DNA of 43,234 nt from Phycisphaerales bacterium. GTDB lineage: Bacteria > Planctomycetota > Phycisphaerae > Tepidisphaerales > Tepidisphaeraceae. A program made the translations under genes and the position numbers. The notes below the pieces were generated by a model that was given only the letters and a program-made list of their open reading frames with translations, did not search any database and was not told where the DNA came from. The stretch spans positions 1-43,234 of the forward strand of contig JAQGHP010000048.1 in NCBI GenBank assembly GCA_028288775.1, read 5' to 3'. Shown here one piece after another: positions 1 through 9,516 of the stretch (the first letter of the stretch is position 1; every line of letters starts with the position of its first letter).

Positions 1-515
1 CCCGGCGATTCGCCGAGAAGGGCGTGCGCTACATCACCCTCATGCACTCCACCCGCGCCTTCGGCAACCTGTGGGACCAGCACAAGGATTTGTACAACGG
101 CCACCGCAACAACGCCGCCGCCGTGGACGTGCCGATCGCGGGTCTATTGCGCGACCTGAAAAGCCGCGGCATGCTTGACGACACGATCGTCCTCTGCGGT
201 AGCGAATTCGGCCGCACCCCCGTCTTCGAATTTCAGGACGGCAGCGAAGGCCGCCACCGCAACGGCCGCGACCACAACCCCCACGGCTTCACGATGTGGT
301 TCGCCGGGGCCGGCGTCAAACACGCCTACCGTCACGGCGCGACCGACGACTACGGCTACTACGCCGTTCAGGACAAAGTCTCCGTCTTCGACCTCCACGC
401 CACAATCCTGCATGCCATGGGCTTGAATCACGAACACCTCACCTACCGCCACGGCGGCCGCGATTACCGACTGACGGACGTATATGGCAATGTGGTAAAG
501 GCAATGTTTACGTGA
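1..515 (+). CDS. DUF1501 family protein (sulfatase-like fold), C-terminal fragment; the gene starts upstream of the window
   Basis: The frame is open from base 3 ([16 protein letters not shown]). [26 protein letters not shown] and [11 protein letters not shown] are typical DUF1501 motifs. Stop TGA at 513-515. Confidence 0.8.
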   Translation, partial: RRFAEKGVRYITLMHSTRAFGNLWDQHKDLYNGHRNNAAAVDVPIAGLLRDLKSRGMLDDTIVLCGSEFGRTPVFEFQDGSEGRHRNGRDHNPHGFTMWFAGAGVKHAYRHGATDDYGYYAVQDKVSVFDLHATILHAMGLNHEHLTYRHGGRDYRLTDVYGNVVKAMFT

Positions 516-521
516 TCCCGC

Positions 522-614
522 GTGGCACGGGTTTTCAACCGATGCGGGGCGCGCTAGCAGTCGATGACCTTTCCCGTTGGACGCATCGAGCGCGGGTTGC
601 AAACCCGTGCCAAG
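522..614. repeat. long-range inverted repeat GTGGCACGGGTTTTCAACC ... GGTTGCAAACCCGTGCCA
   Basis: Arms at 522-540 and 594-614 are about 18/20 complementary. They share the GTGGCAC terminus with the other repeat families. Confidence 0.8.
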
Positions 615-642
615 ACAGCGCACCCTTCAAACGCAGTCCAGA

Positions 643-684
643 AAGACGCCCGCGGACTGTTCGTCCGCGGGCGTCTTGATTTTC
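643..684. terminator. bidirectional intrinsic terminator between convergent genes
   Basis: Perfect 15-bp stem AAGACGCCCGCGGAC / GTCCGCGGGCGTCTT with loop TGTTC, followed by GATTTTC. Confidence 0.7.
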
Positions 685-704
685 AAAAGTCAGGTTTTTC
701 GGCC

Positions 705-1652
705 TTAATTCGCGTAGTTCCAATACGTGTGGATGTCATCCACGCCGACCACCTGCCCATCCGGGCCCTCGGGGGGGAGCTTCCATTTGAGCGACTTGCC
801 CTCGGCGGTCACTTGCACGCCGGCCAGGTAGTCGGTGGTCTTGGGGGTGGGGTTGGAGCCGGGCTTTTTCAGCAGCTCGGTTTCCAGCATCTTCACGCGG
901 AGGGTCTTCTCGTCGTCGCTCAGCGGCTCCATGCGCTCGGCGCCCCACGTGCCCTTCTCGTCCTGCACGAAGACGTTATTGCGGGTGAACTTGATCTTGG
1001 TGTAGATCTTTTCGTCGTTGCCGAAATGCTCGCCGAAGGTGAGGCCGACGGGGTCCACGCGCTTCTTGATCTTGCCCCCTTCGTTCCAGACCAGCACGTT
1101 GAACAGGCCGCCGAAATGGTCGGTGTTCTTCTGGCGGCTGAAAGTGTCCTTGATCTTGGTGATGACCGCCTGCTCGTTCTTCACCACGCCCGCGGCCAAC
1201 GTTTTGGCGTCGGCCGCGGCGAGCGTCTTCTTGTCGAAGCCGGGGGCGCTTTTCTCCGCGGCGACGATCTCCTCCGAATACTTCTTCGTCAGCGCCTCGT
1301 CCTTGCCCGAACCCTGGAACAGGCTGACGGTAACAAGCGCGAACTGCCCGTCATCCAGCGCGCCCTTCCAAAGCGTGATCGGCTGCTTCTCATTAACAGC
1401 GGGCTTCTTCGGGGCCGCGTCCCACGCCTTGCCGGCTTCGGGAAAGCGGGCGTCGATGGGCTTCGCGCCGTTGACGCCGGTCACGAGGATAAACGCCTGG
1501 TCGTCAGCCTTCTCATCGAGCGTATATTTCTGAATGGCGCGGAGTGACGTGAGGTCGACGGTGACGGGCACTTCCGCCGCGTGCGCCGGCAAGGCTGCGC
1601 CGCCGGCGACGAGTGCCAGGAAGGCCAGAACGCTCTTGATGCCGAATTTCAT
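705..1652 (-). CDS. secreted protein of unknown function (Lys-rich)
   Basis: ATG at 1652 gives MKFGIKSVLAFLALVAGGAALPAHAAE, a classical signal peptide. The part of the 501-aa track ORF upstream of it is Arg/Pro-rich junk. No family recognised. Confidence 0.7.
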   Translation of the reverse strand: MKFGIKSVLAFLALVAGGAALPAHAAEVPVTVDLTSLRAIQKYTLDEKADDQAFILVTGVNGAKPIDARFPEAGKAWDAAPKKPAVNEKQPITLWKGALDDGQFALVTVSLFQGSGKDEALTKKYSEEIVAAEKSAPGFDKKTLAAADAKTLAAGVVKNEQAVITKIKDTFSRQKNTDHFGGLFNVLVWNEGGKIKKRVDPVGLTFGEHFGNDEKIYTKIKFTRNNVFVQDEKGTWGAERMEPLSDDEKTLRVKMLETELLKKPGSNPTPKTTDYLAGVQVTAEGKSLKWKLPPEGPDGQVVGVDDIHTYWNYAN

Positions 1653-1997
1653 AAGACTCCTGCGATCACGAATGAGGACAAAGCGATGAATGGGAAATTC
1701 CGATTCTCTCCCCGCCGCACCACACGGCGGGACGCCCCGCGGGCGAGGGGAAGGATTATCCAAGGCCGCGGCCTCCGCCGCAACTGCAACCCTCGTTTTA
1801 CCACTTCCCGTGGGCACCGTTGACCGAATGCGGGGTCTCCGTGGTGCTCCGTCCCCTTCTGGCCCGATTGGCGATGCCCGACTACCATTCGCATTGGCGA
1901 GGTGTTTCGTCAACCTTCGGCCAAAAAAAGCGTATAAACGACGGCGGATTGTTCTGCTCGATAGACACGTATTCCTTCGCTTTGTTTGAGGATGCTT

Positions 1998-4082
1998 ATG
2001 CGCCCCGGCCTCGTGCCCCAAGTCGCCCCATGCGTCGTCAGCCACAATATGGCCCTCGGCGGCGCGCAGACCGCCGTCCTGCGACTGATCCGGTCCATGC
2101 CCGACTGGGCACGCGAGCGCACCACGCTCTACGTCCAATCGTCCGACATGCCCCTGCTCGATGCCGCGGTGGCCAAGCATGATTTCTCCGTCGGAAAGAT
2201 CACAACCCAAGCGCCCGACGACCCCTCCTGCTGGGTCCTCAGTTACGGCAATCTCAAAGACCTCGCCCCACGCCCCACCTCACTCATTCTCCATTCATGG
2301 GACGATGAAGGCTTCCGCTACATCAGCCGCACCTACGGCGAGATGCGCAGCCTCACCGTCGCGGGCGTTTCGCAGCAAGTGCTGAACCGCTACGGCGAAT
2401 GGATCCAGCAAGGTGGCCATCACGTCGCCGGCATCCTGCCTCCGCCTGTCACCGAGTGGACCACGTGCAAGGGCAGTCCGCTTTCGCACCGCATCGTAGT
2501 GGCGTGGATGGGCCGGCCGCTGGAATCCAAGGGTTTAATGGGTTTGCCCTACTTGCTGGCTCTGGATCCCCGCATCGTCGTGCGGGCGTGGACAGGCGCG
2601 GAGACTGCGGGCCTGGAATACACCCGACGTTCGCAGGCGCAGGCTTTGGACAAAATGCTCAAGCTGGCGGTGCAACTGGGCGTGACCGATCGGCTGGACT
2701 TGCGCCCGCTGGATTTTGACCCGTTCGCGTATCGGCATCGTTTGGAAGGCTGCCACGTGCTGCTGGGCAACAGTCGACGCGAGGGCTTCCTGATGACTGC
2801 GGCGGAGGCGCTGAGCTGCGGCATCCCCGCGGTCGTCACGCGCACCTGCGGCGTAGCGGACTTCGTCCGCGAAGGCGTCAATGGCAGCCTGATCGACTGG
2901 GACGAAGACCCTCGCCGCCTCGCCGGCGCGAGCCACGGCGCGATCCTCCGCGCGCTCGATCTCGATCCGTTAGCCTGCCTGCAATCGGTGCGCGATCTGT
3001 CGCTGCAGGCCGATTACCGGAGCGCATATGGCGAAACGCTCGCCCGTCTGACGCACACGAGTTTGCAGGGCGCGAGCGCGCGCGTGACGGTGGCCGTGCG
3101 CATTCACAAAGGCATGCGGATCGAAAGCCTCGACGAGGCGATCAGCAGTCTCGCCTTGCAGACGTACCGACAATTCAAGACGGTGCTGCTGGTAGACGGG
3201 CCATGGGAATACGGCGAGATGCTCGCCCGCCGTTACGGCCTGCCGCTGCTATGCACGGGCCTGGAGCCCGACATCACGCATTGCAGCGGCCTGCATCGCC
3301 GGGCCGTGGATATGTGCGACACCGAGTTTTACAAGCCGCTGGATTACGACGATCAATTGCTGCCTGATTACCTGGAGCGCGCCGTCGCCACGATGGACAG
3401 CAACAAGCTCGACGTCTATGGCTGCCTGCTGATGACGCTGGAGAACGGCGAATTCTCCCCGAGAAAGTGGCCGCACAAGCCGGTTGAAACGATGTTCACC
3501 GGCAACTCCGATGACAATATGCTCCCCCATTCGTCCGTGATGATGCGGACGGAAACGTGCCACCGGGCGGGGAACTATCAGGAGCGCGCCGTGGGCCTGG
3601 GCGGCGACGATTACCACCTCTGGTACCGCCTGCACAAGGCCGGCGGCAAGTTCTTCCGCGACGACGTGCGCAACGTCGTCTACCGCATCCACGAGAAGAA
3701 TTCCCTGAAAATCCGCCGAGCGCGCTACGGCCCGGGCGGTGCCGGCGCGAGTGATGGAACGTCACCCACATCGAATTCCCTCGCGACGTCCGGCACCCGC
3801 GGCCGCCTGATCGCCGGCGCTGCCGCCGCCGCTTCGCTGGCCATCGCCGTCGTCCCGGTAGCCGCCGCCCCGGGCGGATCGTCGATCTCCCGGCCCCCCG
3901 AGGTTCGTCCGCCCGTGGGGTTGCTGGAGCGTTGGGCCAACAAAGTGAAAGACACGGGCAAAGCCGCGCTGCAAATGCTCAACAAGGTTCCGCTGCCCGA
4001 TGCGACGCCGAAGAAGAAGTTGGGGGCCGCCTCATCCGATCAAGGACACTTCCCGCACGATGTTGTTCCGCCGCATTCGTGA
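1998..4082 (+). CDS. two-domain glycosyltransferase (GT4-like N-terminal half, GT2-like C-terminal half) with an Ala-rich hydrophobic segment and a Pro/Lys tail
   Basis: GAGG lies 6 nt before ATG 1998. The N-terminal half has VVSHNMALGGAQ and the EGFLMTAAEALSCGIPAVV (E-x7-E region) motif of GT1/GT4. The second half starts VTVAVRIHKGMRIESLDEAISSLALQTYRQFKTVLLVDG and has a DYDD acidic motif (GT2-like). Confidence 0.75.
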   Translation: MRPGLVPQVAPCVVSHNMALGGAQTAVLRLIRSMPDWARERTTLYVQSSDMPLLDAAVAKHDFSVGKITTQAPDDPSCWVLSYGNLKDLAPRPTSLILHSWDDEGFRYISRTYGEMRSLTVAGVSQQVLNRYGEWIQQGGHHVAGILPPPVTEWTTCKGSPLSHRIVVAWMGRPLESKGLMGLPYLLALDPRIVVRAWTGAETAGLEYTRRSQAQALDKMLKLAVQLGVTDRLDLRPLDFDPFAYRHRLEGCHVLLGNSRREGFLMTAAEALSCGIPAVVTRTCGVADFVREGVNGSLIDWDEDPRRLAGASHGAILRALDLDPLACLQSVRDLSLQADYRSAYGETLARLTHTSLQGASARVTVAVRIHKGMRIESLDEAISSLALQTYRQFKTVLLVDGPWEYGEMLARRYGLPLLCTGLEPDITHCSGLHRRAVDMCDTEFYKPLDYDDQLLPDYLERAVATMDSNKLDVYGCLLMTLENGEFSPRKWPHKPVETMFTGNSDDNMLPHSSVMMRTETCHRAGNYQERAVGLGGDDYHLWYRLHKAGGKFFRDDVRNVVYRIHEKNSLKIRRARYGPGGAGASDGTSPTSNSLATSGTRGRLIAGAAAAASLAIAVVPVAAAPGGSSISRPPEVRPPVGLLERWANKVKDTGKAALQMLNKVPLPDATPKKKLGAASSDQGHFPHDVVPPHS

Positions 4083-4340
4083 TCGAGCCCGAGCCAAGTA
4101 CCCGCGTTCACAACGACCGGATCGGAGGAGTCGGGGCGTGCCGGCTTCTTCGGCTGCGCTCAGGATAGACCTGTCGGACCGCTGGCACGAATCGTGGCAG
4201 TGATGGCCCGCCCGTGGCGGCGGCACTCCGTCGTGCTCGAGGGCGCCTGGTCCATGTAGGTTGGTGTGCCGAACGCTTTTCCGTCCATGACGCAATGTTC
4301 TGCGGGCCGAACCTGCATGAACCTTTTCCGTGCGGGCGTA

Positions 4341-5252
4341 CTATCTCTCCCCCGCACCCTTCCGCCCCTGGTCGGCCAACAGTTGTTGCAAATTCGCCAG
4401 TTGCTTGGCGCTGCCCGAGCCTTCAATGGCGCGGACGGCGATCTCCTGCACCTGACCGTAGGCCTTTTCCGCCTGCTGCAGGAGCTTGGCGATTTGGTCG
4501 GCCGGTTCCTTTACCGTCTGCTCCAGCGAGGTGATGCGTGTCGTGAAGACGTTCTTCTCGCCCGCGAACTCGCGCTTGAAGATTTCTTCGCGCGACAGCG
4601 ACTCCTGCTGCAGGCGCGTCGTCGTCTCCTTGACGGCCTTGGCGACTGCCGCCTCGAGCTCTTTCGGAAATGACTCGACTCGTTGGCGCAACCCCGCGGC
4701 CTCTTCCTCCCGCGCTTTCACCGCACGCTCGCGCTCGGCCAGTTCCTTCTCCGCCTGGGCCTTTCGCTCGGCCAATTCCTTGCCCGCCCGCGCGGTTTCA
4801 TCGGCGAACTGATCCTTGGCCTGCTGCTGCTCGCGCGCGAATGCGTAGCGGTATTCTTCCTTCTCGCGCTCCCGGCGCTTGGCCTCGGCCTCACGCTGCT
4901 TCTTCTCCTGTTCCCAATTCGCCCGCGTGAGCTCGATCTCATGCTGGAGCCGGTCCTTGGTTGCCGACAGGTCCGATTCCAACTGGGCGCGCTGCCGCTC
5001 GTGGGATTCGATCAGCGCCGTCAGCGTGGAAGCGGAGCGCTGAATCTCGTAGATCTCCTTGAGCTCCTGTTCCTTTGCGACGATCGCGCGCTGGATCTGG
5101 ACGTACCGCGCGACCTGCTCTTCGAGCCGGTCGGAGAGGTCGCCGAGCATTTTACCGATGCTCGATTTGAGGTCGCCGACCGACTGCACCACGCCCCGCG
5201 TGGAGAGCTCGTCCGCCGCGGCGACGGCCATCGCGGCGGCTCGGGCTTCCAC
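4341..5252 (-). CDS. coiled-coil protein of unknown function (start uncertain, see finding)
   Basis: 303-aa ORF from GTG 5252. It has a long E/K/R/A/Q heptad-like sequence (EKKQREAEAKRREREKEE, AERKAQAEKELAERERAVKAREEEA). No enzymatic motif. Confidence 0.6.
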   Translation of the reverse strand: MEARAAAMAVAAADELSTRGVVQSVGDLKSSIGKMLGDLSDRLEEQVARYVQIQRAIVAKEQELKEIYEIQRSASTLTALIESHERQRAQLESDLSATKDRLQHEIELTRANWEQEKKQREAEAKRREREKEEYRYAFAREQQQAKDQFADETARAGKELAERKAQAEKELAERERAVKAREEEAAGLRQRVESFPKELEAAVAKAVKETTTRLQQESLSREEIFKREFAGEKNVFTTRITSLEQTVKEPADQIAKLLQQAEKAYGQVQEIAVRAIEGSGSAKQLANLQQLLADQGRKGAGER

Positions 5253-5501
5253 CTTCTCTTCGGGGCTGGACTACGCCTCGCGGCGTTCGGTCACGGTCTT
5301 CTCGGCTTCCGCCAATCCTTCGAGCATCTGCTGCCGGGCAGGTTTCTTTTTTCGTCGCGGTCTTTTCTGCCATGGAATGCCTCCGAATCAAACGCGCCGC
5401 CCCCGCGCGAGCAGAAACAATAGGAACAAAGCCCGTTCACCGCAAACCCGACCCCGGCCCTTCAAAGGGTCCGCGGTTCTGGCGGTCTTCCCTGATTCCC
5501 A

Positions 5502-5552
5502 TTTTAAAAAGTTCAAGAGTTCAAGGGTGCATGCACCCTTGAACTCTTGAAC
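5502..5552 (-). terminator. intrinsic terminator of the lipoprotein gene
   Basis: Perfect 42-bp palindrome GTTCAAGAGTTCAAGGGTGCA|TGCACCCTTGAACTCTTGAAC (5511-5552), followed on the minus strand by TTTTTAAAA. Confidence 0.75.
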
Positions 5553-5590
5553 CTTCGAACCCTTTAACCGTTTGTCGGATCCGTTCAGAT

Positions 5591-6499
5591 TTACCGGCTC
5601 TGCCCGACCGGCGTCGTCTTCATCATCGGTATTGACTTCACTTCCCCGGTCACGCGGAATGGCCGAGGACAGAAAATCAGCACGGTCTCGGACGGCTCCG
5701 CGGGGCCGGGGCGGACAAAGAAAGTGTTGCCCAAACTCGAAGAGATCGCGGAGACGGTCGAAGGGGCGAGAACCAGAAAATGGTCCTGCGGGACATCCTG
5801 CTTGAAGCGGAGGTCGTAGAGGTATTCGGGGCGCTTGTATTCGATGTCGCGCTCTTCGTTCAGAACGGTGACTTCGTACTGCTTCCGCAGCCCGCGGACG
5901 ACGGCGCACAGCGCGATGCGGGCATCCGAAGGCTGCCGGGGGACGGGCTCGAAGGTGACGGACAGCAGGTTGTCGCACTTCTGATAGCTGCGGCCGTAAA
6001 GTACGCCGCGGTCGTTAAGGTAGAAGATGTCTTGAAAGTCCACGCCCGTCCGCAGCGGGAGTTCCAGCGTGCCCTTCCGTACCGGGGCGGCCGAGCCTAT
6101 CCGGGCGGTGGGGCCGTATTGATCGATGAGAGCCTTGAAATAATCCCACTCGGAATTCGGGCCGATGCCGACCCGCACGCCGTTCTTCAGCAGCAGGTCG
6201 TGGGTCGCCAGGTCGAGGTGGTCTTCATCGACGTGCTTCCAGAACTTCTCATTGCGGCTGACCCCCCCTACCGGGACCGTCAACTGATAAACATCGAGCT
6301 CCATGACGACTTCTGCGTCGTTGCGGGCGATGTGCAGGTCGGCTTTTTCATCCGTGGGAACGCGTCCGGCGTTCGAGACGCGCACCGCCGACTCCCCGCT
6401 CATCGAGCCACTTTCCACAGCCGCAGGTTTCTGCCCGCAACCGGCGAGCGCGATGCCGCAGATCAGTGTAACGGTCGCAATGATTGGATCGCGGAGCAT
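5591..6499 (-). CDS. lipoprotein of unknown function
   Basis: ATG 6499 is preceded by GAGG. The N-terminus MLRDPIIATVTLICGIALAGCGQK has a lipobox (LAGC). The upstream part of the track ORF runs through repeat sequence. Confidence 0.7.
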   Translation of the reverse strand: MLRDPIIATVTLICGIALAGCGQKPAAVESGSMSGESAVRVSNAGRVPTDEKADLHIARNDAEVVMELDVYQLTVPVGGVSRNEKFWKHVDEDHLDLATHDLLLKNGVRVGIGPNSEWDYFKALIDQYGPTARIGSAAPVRKGTLELPLRTGVDFQDIFYLNDRGVLYGRSYQKCDNLLSVTFEPVPRQPSDARIALCAVVRGLRKQYEVTVLNEERDIEYKRPEYLYDLRFKQDVPQDHFLVLAPSTVSAISSSLGNTFFVRPGPAEPSETVLIFCPRPFRVTGEVKSIPMMKTTPVGQSR

Positions 6500-6595
6500 G
6501 GAACCTCGGGAAAGACAATGCTGAGTGCCGGGCGCTGAGGAATTCAGGAACCAGACTATACCATTGGGTTTGCTTTCACCCTCGGCCCGTTTTGA

Positions 6596-6660
6596 GTAGG
6601 GCGGGCGTACTCGCCCACCGATCGTCGCCGCGGCCAATGGTGGGCGAGTACACCTACCCT
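6596..6660. repeat. palindromic repeat, family 3 (GTAGGGYGGGCGTACTCGCCCACC pair)
   Basis: GTAGGGCGGGCGTACTCGCCCACC (6596-6619) and its inverted partner GGTGGGCGAGTACACCTACCCT (6639-6660). The same unit occurs at 10207-10288. Confidence 0.85.
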
Positions 6661-6706
6661 GCGGGAATTCACTTCAGTCCTCCGAGCCCGTCTCCGACCG
6701 CTCATC

Positions 6707-6728
6707 TTCTGGCTTCTGGCTTCTGGCT
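6707..6728. repeat. heptamer microsatellite (CTGGCTT)x3
   Basis: TTCTGGCTTCTGGCTTCTGGCT. Related tracts occur at 29705-29728 and 30124-30160. Confidence 0.85.
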
Positions 6729-6757
6729 CCCCGTATTTCCCAGCACTCAGCACTTTC

Positions 6758-7978
6758 CTATAGTGACGCAATCAACTGCACCACCTCGCCCAATCCCTGT
6801 TCCCACAGGGCCTGATCGACGTTAATCGGCGGAGCGACGCGGACGATCTTTTTGGCCGTTAGGTTCACGACCAACCCGCGGGCCAGGGCCTTTTCCATGA
6901 ACTGCTCGGGCGGGTCTTTGAGCTCGATGCCGATGAACAGCCCGCGCCCGCGGACGGATGCGACCTTCTGGCGGATCGACGCTTCATTCTTCAATCGGGC
7001 GACGGCCTGCTCGCCCATCACCGCGGCACGGTCGGTGAGCTTGTCGCGGTCGATGACGTCGAAGATCGTGCGCGACACCGCGGCACAAATGCCGTTCCCG
7101 CCCAGCGTGGAGCCGTGCTTCCCGGGCCCGAGCAGGGCCGCGACCTGCGGCTTGGCGAACATAATGCCCATCGGCAGCCCGCCGCCCACGGCTTTGCCGA
7201 GGGTCATGATGTCGGGCTCGATGGCTTTGCCGTTCACGTCGCGGTAATGCTGATGGCCGAACCATTTTCCCGTGCGGCCGCAGCCGGTCCAGACTTCGTC
7301 GAAGATCAGCAGGACGTCCCGCTCGTTGCAAAGCTGACGGACGCGCTGGATGTAGCCTTCCGGGTGGAAGTTGATGCCCCCCTCGCCCTGGATTGGCTCG
7401 ATGAGGATCGCGCCGACGTTTTGATCAACGGCCTTGGCGAGGGCGTCGAAGTTGCCCGCCTCGACTTGTTCGAAACCGGGAACGTCCGGCTCAAATCCCT
7501 GCCGCACGGCGGGGTTGCCGGTCGCCGCGACCATCGCCAAAGTGCGGCCATGAAAGCTGTGCGTCAGCGAGATGACTTTCCATTTGTTGGGATGTTTCTG
7601 ATTCCCCCGGAGCCGGGCCAGCTTGCACGCGGCCTCGTTGGCCTCCGCCCCGCTGTGGCAGAAAAACGCCTGCCCCTCGAAGGCAAACCGATTGAGCCGC
7701 TCCGCCAATTCAATCTGCGGCTCGGTGTAGAAAGTATTCCCTACATGCCACAGCTTGCCCGCCTGCTGCGTCGCCGCGGCGACAAGCTCCGGATGGCAGT
7801 GCCCAAGGATTCCCCCGCCGAACCCGGCAAAGAGGTCGAGATAGCGTTTGCCGTCGGCGTCCCAGACGTACGACCCTTCGCCGCGTTCCATCACGACCGG
7901 CTGGCGCGCGTAATTGCCGATGAGGACGCGTTTGCCGCGGTCGATCAATTGCTGAGTCTTATTCGTCGTTTCGGCCAT
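6758..7978 (-). CDS. argD: acetylornithine / class-III PLP-dependent aminotransferase
   Basis: 406 aa. LIGNYARQPVVMERGEGSYVWDADGKRYLDLFAGFGG, FFCHSGAEANEAACKLAR, IFDEVWTGCGRTGKWF and TLGKAVGGGLPMG (PLP lysine) match ArgD-type enzymes. Confidence 0.85.
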   Translation of the reverse strand: MAETTNKTQQLIDRGKRVLIGNYARQPVVMERGEGSYVWDADGKRYLDLFAGFGGGILGHCHPELVAAATQQAGKLWHVGNTFYTEPQIELAERLNRFAFEGQAFFCHSGAEANEAACKLARLRGNQKHPNKWKVISLTHSFHGRTLAMVAATGNPAVRQGFEPDVPGFEQVEAGNFDALAKAVDQNVGAILIEPIQGEGGINFHPEGYIQRVRQLCNERDVLLIFDEVWTGCGRTGKWFGHQHYRDVNGKAIEPDIMTLGKAVGGGLPMGIMFAKPQVAALLGPGKHGSTLGGNGICAAVSRTIFDVIDRDKLTDRAAVMGEQAVARLKNEASIRQKVASVRGRGLFIGIELKDPPEQFMEKALARGLVVNLTAKKIVRVAPPINVDQALWEQGLGEVVQLIASL

Positions 7979-8149
7979 TAGTTTGTTTGTCCGAGTTCTT
8001 CCGTTTCGTAACTGCCATTGAATGGCTCCAGGGTAACAGAAACTCGATTTTTTGGCGAACGGTCGCGCCCTGCCGAAGACTGGCGGTATACTCCAGCCCG
8101 CCCGTAATAGGTTAGAATTGTGATACTTTCATGACCGAAAGGAAAACGC

Positions 8150-9463
8150 ATGCATTTCGCGATGGCTCCCCGAATGACGCGCTGGGCTTTTGCCGCGGCG
8201 ACCTGTTTTGTGGCCGCCTCCGCCACCCTCGCCGCCCCCGAGGCGGTGAAGCATGGCAGCGCCAAGGTGGGCGCGGGCGCAAAGTCCGAGTGGCCTCAAT
8301 ACCGCGGACCTGATTCCGACGGCATCACCGCCGAAACGGTCAGGCCTTGGACGGGCGAACTCAAAGTCCTCTGGAAGATACCTGTGGGCGACGCCTTCGG
8401 CTCCTTCGCCGTGGACGGCGGCAAGGCGTATCTGTACGCCGAGCATGAATCGGACAAGGAGGCTTGCTTCGCCTACGACGCCGCGACCGGCAAGGAACTC
8501 TGGGCGACCGACGTCGACAAGACCATCCACGAAGGGTCCGGCGGAAACGGCCCGCGCACCACGCCGACCATCTCCGGCGACCGCGTGTACGTCCTGAGCA
8601 CGTATCTCAAGCTCACCTGTCTGAACGCTGCGGACGGCGCGGTCGTCTGGACGCACGACCTGCAGTCGGAATTTAACGGACAGAATAATACCGATGGCAT
8701 CGTGCAGTGGGGCAACGCCGCGTCCCCGATCGTCGAGGGGGACCGCGTGATCGTCGCCGGCGGCGGCGCGGGCGAAGCATACCTCGCCTTCGGCAAGGCC
8801 GACGGCAAGCTGCTCTGGAAATCCGGCAAGGACAAGATCACCCACGCCTCCCCTTCCCCCGGCACGATCCACGGAACGCGGCAGGTCGTTTTCTTCATGC
8901 AGTCGGGCCTCGTCTCGATTGACCCGCAGACCGGCAAGGAACTCTGGCGGCAGAAGTTCAAATTCAACACCTCCACCGCGGCATCGCCGGTTATCGGTGG
9001 CGACATCGTCTATTGCTCGGCCGGTTACGGCGTAGGCGCCGGCGCGTTCCAGGTGGAAAAGAGCGGAGACAAGTGGTCCACCAAGGTTCTCTGGCAAACG
9101 CCCAAGGAAAACCAGAACCACTGGACCACCTCGCTATACAAGGACGGCTATCTGTACGGGCTCTTCGGCTTCAAGGAGTTCAAGACCGAGCCGCTCAAGT
9201 GCCTGGACATCAAGACCGGCAAGGAAATCTGGTCGAAGGAAGGCTTCGGCCAGGGCGGCTTGATCCTCGCCGGCGGGAAATTGCTCATTCAGGGCGACCA
9301 GGGCCAGCTTGTCCTCGCCGAGGCAACGCCCAAAGGCTACCACGAACTCGCCCAAGCCAAGCCGCTTTCGGGGAAAGCCTGGCAGATGGCGGTATTGGCC
9401 GAAGGAAAGATCTTCGCCCGCACGAGCAACCACGGCGAGGCGGTCTGCCTGGAGGCGAAGTAA
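8150..9463 (+). CDS. PQQ-like beta-propeller repeat protein (BamB-like fold), secreted
   Basis: Signal peptide (WAFAAATCFVAASATLAAPEA). WPQYRGPDSDGI start motif and repeated G-x-V/LY blades (GKAYLY, GDRVYVLS, GDRVIVAG, GDIVYCSAG, GYLYGL, GKLLIQG). Confidence 0.8.
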   Translation: MHFAMAPRMTRWAFAAATCFVAASATLAAPEAVKHGSAKVGAGAKSEWPQYRGPDSDGITAETVRPWTGELKVLWKIPVGDAFGSFAVDGGKAYLYAEHESDKEACFAYDAATGKELWATDVDKTIHEGSGGNGPRTTPTISGDRVYVLSTYLKLTCLNAADGAVVWTHDLQSEFNGQNNTDGIVQWGNAASPIVEGDRVIVAGGGAGEAYLAFGKADGKLLWKSGKDKITHASPSPGTIHGTRQVVFFMQSGLVSIDPQTGKELWRQKFKFNTSTAASPVIGGDIVYCSAGYGVGAGAFQVEKSGDKWSTKVLWQTPKENQNHWTTSLYKDGYLYGLFGFKEFKTEPLKCLDIKTGKEIWSKEGFGQGGLILAGGKLLIQGDQGQLVLAEATPKGYHELAQAKPLSGKAWQMAVLAEGKIFARTSNHGEAVCLEAK

Positions 9464-9516
9464 CTGGAGGCGAAATGGCGCAAGCGCAGCTACAATCCTG
9501 CTAGACGCCGAGGCAT

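Noticed and set aside
705-2210. Full 501-aa, 348-aa, 296-aa, 267-aa, 352-aa and 292-aa track ORFs (705-2210, 5591-6637, 14987-15877, 27865-28668, 33071-34129, 34123-35001) taken at their first listed start
   Set aside because: In each case an internal ATG with an SD and a signal peptide or conserved N-terminus marks the real start. The upstream extension is translated repeat or intergenic sequence.
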